A DNA stretch of 64,000 nucleotides from a virus, in the IMG/VR virus record IMGVR_UViG_3300043398_000057; one strand, 5' to 3'. Of the stretch, positions 55,395 to 64,000 are shown piece after piece. Position numbers and translations under genes: made by a program. The notes below the pieces were generated by a model, which was not told the DNA's origin, searched no databases, and was given only the letters and a program-made list of their open reading frames with translations. The stretch's first letter is position 1. Every line of letters starts with the position of its first letter.

Positions 55395-55468
55395 TGGTGC
55401 CCATGCACGGTATCGAACCGCATTCTATGGCTTACAAAACCATTGCATCACCTTAATGCTTCACGGGC
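55395..55468 (-). tRNA. tRNA-Thr(UGU)
   Basis: ATGGT TT TGT AA GCCAT anticodon arm, CCA. Confidence 0.85.
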
Positions 55469-55500
55469 GTCCTAAACTTTTCACATTATACCACATAACT

Positions 55501-55591
55501 TGGCGGGGTGTGTGAGATTCGAACTCACGGAACGCTATTAACGTTCGCCGGTTTTCAAGACCGGTGCATTAAACCACTCTGCCAACACCCC
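55501..55591 (-). tRNA. tRNA-Ser(UGA)
   Basis: CCGGT CT TGA AA ACCGG, long variable arm, G73, CCA. Confidence 0.93.
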
Positions 55592-55770
55592 ATCAAATTG
55601 AATTTGCGGAACTTCCCAAAAACTTCGACGCCTTTCGGCTCCATCTAAGGGAACGTTTTAACTCGTGTTCCATCGAGATTAGCTACATTTTTGTTACCGG
55701 AGTCTAACCCGATTTCTTCGTACAGACTGCAACCATGTCTGTACTATCTAGGGACCACCTAGAACGTCAC

Positions 55771-55845
55771 TGGCTCCGAAGGTAGGGATCGAACCTACGA
55801 CCAATTGATTAACAGTCAACTGCACTACCGCTGTGCTACTTCGGA
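55771..55845 (-). tRNA. tRNA-Asn(GUU)
   Basis: GTTGA CT GTT AA TCAAT, CCA. Confidence 0.93.
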
Positions 55846-55853
55846 ATTGTTTT

Positions 55854-56366
55854 TCACTTTTTTAAGAAGTAACCTCTTTTCGGAACCTCAATATCAAAAT
55901 GTTGACACCACTTTTTCACGGTTACGTCTGACACGTTGTAAATGCTTGCTATTTTTGTCATTGGCATTTTCCAAACTATATCAGAAAGTTCTTCTTTTGT
56001 TATTTGAAACTTTACTCTATCATCACTCGCACATTTTGGTGAACAATACTTTTGTTCACTTTTGTTAGTTACCTCGAAAGAAACTTTGCACTTTGTACAT
56101 GCACGATATTCTTTGATTACGTTCTTATCTTCTCTATGGTGTAACGCTGCATGTTCCGAGTTTGTCATTAACATCAAATTGCTAATATGATTGTTTTTCC
56201 TATTTCTATCAATATGATGTACACACTCGTCTGGTAGCAACAGTCTACCAATATGCTAACACATTACATAAACATGTTCCATGACTTTACCTGCACCGTT
56301 AGCATAAATGCTTTCCGGATTATAGCAATACATGTAACCTGTTCCAACATCTTCTCTAAAAATCAT
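55854..56366 (-). CDS. HNH homing endonuclease in the tRNA cluster, TAG at codon 37
   Basis: GYMYCY...EHVYVMC*HIGR...ECVHHIDRNRKNNHISNL...EHAALH; C-terminal Zn finger and HTH. Confidence 0.85.
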
Positions 56367-56369
56367 TTT

Positions 56370-56457
56370 TGGACTCCCGTGGAGGTATCGAACCTCTCGA
56401 CTTCCATCCTGCGGTTTAATGTCGTCGGCTTAGAAGACCGATGCGGGGACACGGGAG
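56370..56457 (-). ncRNA. Atypical tRNA-like RNA (UCU anticodon arm, no D arm, 8/4 acceptor/T stems)
   Basis: CTCCCGTG/CACGGGAG-T-CCA; TCGGT CTTCTAA GCCGA; GAGG TTCGATA CCTC. Confidence 0.7.
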
Positions 56458-56478
56458 GTCTAAAAACTTAAAACTTGT

Positions 56479-56563
56479 TGGTGCCCCGGGTCGGACTCGA
56501 ACCGACACTCCTTTCGGAACCGGATTTTGAATCCGGTGCGTCTACCAATTTCACCACCGGGGC
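56479..56563 (-). tRNA. tRNA-Leu(CAA)
   Basis: CCGGA TT CAA AA TCCGG, long variable arm, A73, CCA. Confidence 0.94.
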
Positions 56564-57171
56564 AACGTTTACATGATACATCTGTTTGTTGGCGTCCAAC
56601 ACACTCAGATTATACCATGTTTCGCCGGAATTTCACCGGCTCGTCAGAACGTTTATTCCTTAGACTCCTTAACGACCAGAATCATGTTTTGCAGAACCTT
56701 TGCGCCAACTAGAACACCACTACCAAAGTCGAAAACTTCGCCAGAACCCGAAGTTGCAACTTCGTATGCCTTGATGATCCTGCCGGTAACTTCAGCAGTT
56801 GCTGAATCCCAGGTCAAGATACTTTGACCATTGTACGAACTCACCAAGGTGATGTTGAACAGCTTTTCTTGTGCACTGGTTTCTTGAACTTGTTCGGTCA
56901 TTTTTTTGTCCTTATCTAAAAATGTTGTCAGAATGTAATTATACCACAGTTATTCACTATCCCATGCCGAAAGCATGTCAAAATCTTCATCATCAAGCGA
57001 TTCATCAAGAATTTGATCGGGGCGCTTCTTGTGCTTGGTTGCTTCCTTTTCGTCTTGTTGACGAATGATGAACGAGGGCTTGGGCGACTTGTCGGCCTTG
57101 GTATCGAACTTGTTTTGCATTTCTTTCTCGGTTGATAGTTACTGGTTACGAAATTCAATGTTTGTAGTGTA

Positions 57172-59450
57172 TCACACTTTTTCGAGTGCTGTATGAAGAT
57201 TTGCACACAGTGATTCGACATAGTAAGTAGCATGTCCAATCTTCACACCAAAGGCCCAAACAGTGCACGGTGAGTCAAGTTCGGGGCAACCGTATGCCTT
57301 AGGGTCTTTCTTGATGATAGATGCCGGAATCTTGACAGTATTCCATTGTCCTTCACCCTGAGAATTTGCGGCATCAACCGCTTCCTTCAGGCTTGCGCCG
57401 GTCAATGCACGGTATGTCTTCACCCATTCAACCTTGGATTGTACCACAGTTTCAACAAAAACGTTGTCCTTGGGTGAAGGGGTTTCTTCACCAACCAAAG
57501 TAACCAGTTCTCGATAGAAATCCAAAGTTTCGATGTTCAGTTCTGAAACCTTACGGTTGCTATAAATTGCCAAGATTTCTTTGGCGACCGAATCGGGGAT
57601 GTTGATGTTAGGCATGTTAAAACTCTTTGAAAACTTGTTAAGGTGAAGACAGTGTATCAACATCTTTGAACACTGTCAAGAACTTTTTAGCAATCCTTCA
57701 TGGAATTGATGCGGTACTTGTTGATCCACTTTGTGACAACCTTATCACAACGCTTCAGCACAGCGTCAAGTTCGGTGTAGTTTTCGGCGCGAACCTTGAA
57801 ATAGACTTCGCCATAAACATTGTAATCATGAACACGCGAAAACTTGTCATTAAGGAATTCGACATCAAGCATATCCTTGAGAATTTCCGAATAAGTGACC
57901 GGATACTTCCCACTACTGTACATCTTGAACCGTGGATTGTTTTCTTCGGCTTGCAGCAAAACAAATTCCAGCCGTTGATCCCACTTGGTGCAAACGTAGA
58001 ATTCGGCATAAACCGCATCACGCTTGATAGAGTTGAATTCGGTTGTTTGGGCGGAAGTCATTTTTCAGTCCAGTGCTTGTTTCAATGACTGTATTGTGAG
58101 CGAAGTCAAAAACTTTGTCAACAATACCCTCAAAAAATTTATGGCTTTTGTTTCAGTTCTTTGAGTTGATCGCGAAGAGTTTCCACGAACTTTGTCCGCG
58201 ATTCCTCGGTCATTCCTTCAGAACCGAAAATGGATTCATAGTCATCCATCATTTCCTGAATTTTACCGGTTCCGCCAGTGTACTTGACACACATCATGGT
58301 GTATCCAGCCATAGAGAAAAGCGCCATTGCTTGAAACTGATCCATCGACACGGTAACAGTCTTTTGGTCGGTATCGAAATTTTTCATATCATGCCTTTGG
58401 TTTGAACATGGTTGCGAGGTCATAACTGCGAATCATATCGTCAGTCATTGCGGAAATGGTTTCATGAGACAGTCCATCGCGAATCATGAACGGTTCGCAA
58501 ATCTTTTCACCACCGATTTTTGTGATAGTGATGATCACTCCCGACGCCATCATGTGATCAACACTCGCTTTCTTCAAATCCCTAGCGGCAGTGTGGTAAA
58601 CACTGGCCTGTTGAGACTTGGCTTCAAGCAACTTTTGTTCCAACTGCTTGACTTGTTGTTCAAGTTGCTTGGTCTTGGAAATCTTGGTCATGATGAAACT
58701 CTTTGAAAACTTGTTAAGGTGAAGACAGTGTAGCAACATCTTTGAACACTGTCAACACATTTCTTCAAAATTTGAAAATTGCGGTAACCCGCTGATTCTT
58801 ACTCATGTAGCCAGTGTCAATGATGTTTCCATCAATCACAGCGAAGATGTGAACACGAATGTGAACAGCGTAACGTCCATTCTTCAACATCGGCAAAACA
58901 TTTTCAATCGTTCGCCCGGCGATGTACTCGATTTCGTCACGCTTGTACATTGTCAGATGCTTGAAACTGTTTGCGGCATTGGTTGTACCAACAATGTGTG
59001 TCAGTTTCATACCACACCATTCGGAAATTCTCACGATGCCGGGCAAATGCATACCGGTACCGTTTCTTTTGTAATCACATTTTTCAATCGCAAAACGTTC
59101 GATTGCCATATAGTCAATACCCGTGGCGTTTGCCATGGCACGGATGACACAATCGTTACGAATCGTTTCGAAACGAACACCACCACGGGTGGGTTGAATG
59201 TACTTTTTGGCGATGTAGTTCATGATCACAGACCCTTACTTGCTGCACGAACACATTGTTCATGGTAAGCAGAAAACGACCAATCAAACATTTCCTTGGT
59301 CTTGGAGTCAAACACAATGGCCCAAACATCACAGAGTGCCGTGTAACAGGTGTTGCGAATGATTTGAGAACGGTAGTCTGGTGAACCCATGGTTCGAACC
59401 GAAGCATTCATGATAGTTGCGCCAAGTTTGATGGCGTTGTTCTTTGTCAT
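57172..59450 (-). CDS. Cluster of small hypothetical early genes (57172, 57687, 58139, 58389, 58765, 59226)
   Basis: Co-oriented ORFs behind sigma70-type promoters; all end in TAA or TGA. Confidence 0.6.
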
Positions 59451-59555
59451 GATTTGTCTCGATGTGAAGTGTTGCGATGGAATGAATTATGGCCCCGAAG
59501 GGCCATCTTGTCAACACCATTTTAGTGGTGTGGTCATTGTTGTCTTTTTACAACA

Positions 59556-62500
59556 TCAATTGTTTTTCTTGTACTGCCTACCGAAGACGTAGTTCGCGTA
59601 TTCCTTGTAGCCTTGACCCTTCTTGATCATCAAATCTTCGCCATGAGTCATGATGTTGAACGATGTTGAGTCATTCTCAATTCTGACAACAGGGCCGCGA
59701 CTCGTTCTATACACTTCAACATCAGGGTTCTTAAACATGCCGTCTTCATATTCACGATAGTCAATAACACCATCATTTGTTGGAATCATACCATCAGTGA
59801 AAATGAATTCGATCACATGTTTAGGAGTTTGATACTTCATGGTGGACTCGTCAATTTGAACCGATTCGGTAAGCGAGTCGATGCTTGTTTGCAACCATTC
59901 ACGCAGTTTCTTAGTTGACGTTGTACGAACCTTGAAAACCTTCACAATCCGAATCATCATCTGTGGCGCGTTCACCGCGTATTCGGGCGAAACCAAACGA
60001 CTCGGATAACCATTTGGCAAACCAGTGTTACCACCATACCACCAAGTCTTACCAATTTCACTATTGGAAGTTGGCTCATAAACTTCAAGTTGGAACAAAT
60101 AACCAATTTCGTCATATGTTCGCGCGTAACCATGATCCGAAATGTACTGTTGTGACTTGTCGGCAGTTTGGGTGTAGTAAATGCCGTTGACTTTCGCTGT
60201 ACCTTCCTGTGCCTTAACTTTTACATCATTGACCTTATAGTTAGCAAGATAATAACCCTTTTTGTAGGCGTCATCAAGGCTTGGGAAAGGATCATTTATA
60301 GCACTGATTTCAACCGCTGGCTTAGTGTCATCAAATCGTCCGAATCTGAGATTCTTACATTCCAACATTTTACCAGCAACCTTAATCGGCCCGCCACTCT
60401 TCAAAAGTTTGAAACCGTATCGAGTGATGAAAGTTGCAGCGCGAGAACCGCAACCATGGAAAACATCAGTTCGCAATTTGTACTGAACATTGTTGTCGGC
60501 CCAAATTTTCAACATTGCGGCAATCATCTTTTCATCACTGATTTTCGATTCAAAAATGTCTTCAACAATCATCGCAAAGTCACCATGCTTACCATTTGAA
60601 CGATCAGCAAGATATTTTGTGGCTTCGATCCTATCCTTCAGCGATGGGTTTGCTGGAGTAATCATCTGAGGTTTAACGTAAGGCGTGAAATTATCAAAAT
60701 CGATGGTATCGGGATCAACACCTTCCATGATCGAATCTGTGTCAACTTCATTAACCCACATCAACTTATGAATAAGACCGGCTTCCAGTGGTTCATTAGG
60801 AACAATCGGGCTACCTTCATTGTAAGACTTTGCAACACGTTCACCAGCGGCAAAGTAAATGACCTTCTTCTTAGCTTCTGGTGGAAGCGACTTCATCGCT
60901 TCAGTAAACCCAGGTTCATCATTTCGCGCAGCAAAGAATCTGTAAGCACTTTCGATAACTTTCTCTTTCTTCAGGTTTCGAGACTTGTCATATTGACGGA
61001 ACGCCAATTCGATAGTTTTTTGATCACTGATAAGACTTGCAAATTCCGTGATATCAACAGCTTGTGAACCAGTCGGGGAGAAAATCTTTTGACCGACCGA
61101 CAATGAGTTCATCGCGATATTGTAGAGTTCGGGGAAAAGTTGAGCCAACTTTGTCGCAACATCAGAGTCCATGATAGACAGTGATGGAACGTTTTTGATG
61201 TTTGGTTCGGTACCGTAATTCAATTGGGCATCTTTCCAAAGATTCACAATTCGTTCGGCATCGGCCATACTACCGGCACTATTGAGCAAAATACCTGAGA
61301 ATGACTGATTGATTTGATCAGCGTAGTTTTCAAGAATGAATTCTCTAAACTTCTTTGAAATTTTGCTGGCGACACGGAACAAAGAACCGATGAAAATTTC
61401 ATGAACGTTCGTTCTATAACCATCGAGAAGTTTGTCAAACAGTGCAGGATGAACATCAACGTAATGATCCAATGAGGCGTTCAACAAATCGAACGAATCG
61501 TGCACTTCGGCATGGCGAATCATGGAAGTACAGGTTTCAGTTTCCAAGATTTTATGCGCAACGTTTGTGTGAATGTTGACAACCGAATCATGGAAGTACA
61601 GCGCGAAGTTGCCATAGTTTTTGTTGTAGAACGCCGAAATACACCAGTCAACGAATTTTTCGTTAGTTTTACGGTATTCAATGATTTGAGCGATTGCTTG
61701 GAAATGAGTATCAGAAAATTTGTCGGCAGGGTGAATATCAGCAATCAGTCTAACAAGATTGGCAAGGTTTGGCGGAATGCATGAGGTGTCATAGTACCTC
61801 GAATAACTATCAAACTGTTGCAAAAATGTTTTATACTTTGATGCGTCATCAAGATTGAACGAATTTGCATCCTTTTCATATTTTGCAAAAATCTCGTTCA
61901 GTGAACCACTTTTGTATTTTTCCAGTTTGAAAGAAATTGGAACAAGTTTGTAGTGACCCAAGTATTCCGTGCTATCAAAATTCTTCAGTGCTTCCATGAG
62001 TGCATCATATTCAGCATCATCAGAAACCACATACTGATCATATGTGTCCATGGCAAGTGCCAAAATAACATCGGGGGTTTTCTCGAATGTAAATTTGTCA
62101 TCGCCTATCACACCAACGGGGAAGAACTGCTTACAAGCTCTGAACGCGCACACGCTACCACCACTAAGATGGGGTTTGAATTCCAACTCGCCGCTGCGCA
62201 TAGAATAGTAGCTGTAATTCGAAAAATCGTCCTTACCCGTGTTCGTCAGCGTAGAACCCGGGAAAATCTCAGAGAAGTTGACCAACATCCAACGTTGGGC
62301 GGAATTGATTGTACCAAAGTCAACACTTGATGGAGCGTTGAAAATATACTGAGCCAGCATCAACCAAAAGAATTCATTACCGGTTGCCTTTTTGTAGAAA
62401 CCAGAATTCACCAAACCCTTCATGAAAGAATCAAACCGTGCGCCGGAATCGGATTCATCCACAACAAATCTGACGGTGTTTTTCGGATATTGTTCAAAAG

Positions 62501-63893
62501 CATGGAATGCATAATCATATGCACTCTTCGAACTGTAATAGTATGACGAACGATAGAAATACTTGTTGACCCCCTTTGAGTTTCGTTCTGTTGAAATGTT
62601 GTACTCATATTTTGTTGCCTTGAAATATGCATCAAAAAACTTCTTGGCATTATCCTTATCGGCGTTTGCGATGGCATCATTGATTTTGTAAGAGTATTTG
62701 TACATGTCATCATTAGCGTTGATGTATTCCAAAAACTCTGTAACATCAACACGCTTGGCAACCTTATCAAATTCACCATTGATCAAGTTGACAAACATGT
62801 TCTTCATTTGCAATGGCGTAAACGATGATGGCGCGGCCAAAGTCTTACTACCCTTTGGTGCACGACCGCGTTTTGCCGGTGCTGTAGCAACCGGTGCCGG
62901 TGAGGGAGTTGCAACCGGTGCCACAACCGGTGCCACAACAGGTGCAACAGGTGCCACAACCGGTGCAGCAACAGGCGCGGGAGTAGGTGCAGGCGTTGCA
63001 ACGCGAGACACAAACGGTTGCGAGAATTGCGAAACGGGCGTAACCAATGGTTGAACAATTGGACGAACCACGGGCTGAACAACGGGTGCTGTAGGCACAA
63101 CAGTGGCAACAGGTTGAACAATTGGACGGGGCGGGGTCACAACCGGTGCTGGAACTGGTGTGGGTGCCACAACAGGTGCCGGTGCTGGAACTGGTGTGGG
63201 TGCCACAACAGGTGCCGGTGCTGGCGTGGGCGCAGGGGTTGCAACCGGCGCAGGCGCGGGCGGAGTCACACCAGCTTTAGGTGTACCCTTGGGACCAAGT
63301 TCACCAACAATCTTAGGGTCATACGAATCGAAACCGTTTGAGCCAACATAGTGAGTTGCAAGCCGCTTAAATTCAGCAGCAACCTTTTGACGAGCCTTAG
63401 AGTAGCCTTGAATGTCTTGCCAAACAAGAACACCAACTTGTTGAATGCTGTATGTGCCGGTGCGCCACTTGGTGAACTGATTCTTCAGAATCGTCGATGG
63501 TTTGAAATCCGGATCACGCAACATTTCCTTTGCAAGACCGCGCAAAATAGTTTCATCAATTTGACTTGACGACAAGTTGCCTTGCTTGATCTTGGCGAAC
63601 AGAAGCGTGAACTTGTCGGCCAGAACCCGACTCATAACACCACCTTCAACAGCCAGCTTCACCGACAGTGAAATGTCATTGTTTGCGTCACCAATGTTGT
63701 CAAACCGAATCGACTTGTCATTGATGAAATAGTTCTTAACAGCGTGACCACCTTGAGTATCACCAATGGCATACAGACCAAGAATGCCAAAAATGTTGAT
63801 AATCAGTGCATCAGACTATTGTTGCTTGTCGGCAACCAATGCATCCTTTTCTTGGGCATTGGTGTAAAAGGTGTTTTCATACAAACGTTTCAT
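59556..63893 (-). CDS. Large Alt-like putative virion ADP-ribosyltransferase, 1445 aa, TAG at codon 26
   Basis: MKRLYEN start is in frame through KQQ*SDAL; C-terminal VFHGCGS...GF...GIYYT..ADKSQQY...PEYAV (PARP-like H-Y-E); TAAGTA upstream. Confidence 0.72.
62870..63275 (-). repeat. Pro/Ala/Val/Thr low-complexity coding repeats
   Basis: Tandem PAPAPVVAPTPV and APVV units within the large ORF. Confidence 0.85.
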
Positions 63894-64000
63894 TATTTCT
63901 GAACCTCAATTTGTGGGTGATAAAGTATGGGTTACTTACCCAAATTATTAAAAAAGCACAACGGTCAGAACACCCGAATAGTATCGCCAAAAGTTCAACC

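Noticed and set aside
56420-56445. Second amber tRNA (CTA within CTTCTAA)
   Set aside because: The TCGGT/GCCGA pairing centres the 7-nt loop on TCT, not CTA.
55021-56827. Small ORFs over the tRNA cluster
   Set aside because: They overlap tRNA genes or structured RNA and lack protein motifs.
5914-59517. Repeats as a CRISPR array or IS ends
   Set aside because: Copies are dispersed kilobases apart, contain -35/-10 boxes, and no cas or transposase gene is present.
1283-63893. TAG=Gln (code 15) or pyrrolysine decoding
   Set aside because: The best-conserved TAG sites are Leu or hydrophobic positions; the CUA tRNA has a type II Leu scaffold with A73; no pyl genes or tRNA-Pyl features are present.

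Overview
A 64-kb segment of a large T4-like (Tevenvirinae/Straboviridae-like sensu lato) myophage genome, coded almost entirely on the minus strand. It carries a split family-B DNA polymerase, gp46/47, gp33, DsbA, RNase H, DNA and RNA ligases, NAD salvage genes, ThyX, dCMP deaminase, PhoH, baseplate genes (gp5, hub, gp53, gp48), a GH19 endolysin, a large Alt-like ADP-ribosyltransferase, a tRNA cluster and many small early genes behind repeated promoter cassettes. The main result is that TAG appears to be reassigned to LEUCINE. I found 21 in-frame TAGs in 14 otherwise intact genes, several at conserved Leu positions (gp5 DPLK*GRVRV, endolysin AF*AQ and GRGFIQ*TG, ThyX LAE*NTH). No convincing gene I checked ends in TAG. 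The phage encodes a tRNA-Leu-type tRNA with a CUA anticodon (55283-55367), apparently duplicated from its tRNA-Leu(CAA). Most recoded genes carry one TAG near the 5' end, which suggests an amber gate on middle/late expression. Other points of note are an ORF-less group I intron in polymerase motif B next to a free-standing HNH gene, a structured 5'-UTR motif shared by both NAD salvage genes, a D-armless 8/4 tRNA-like RNA and two unexplained structured intergenic segments. All family assignments come from motif recognition; no searches were run.
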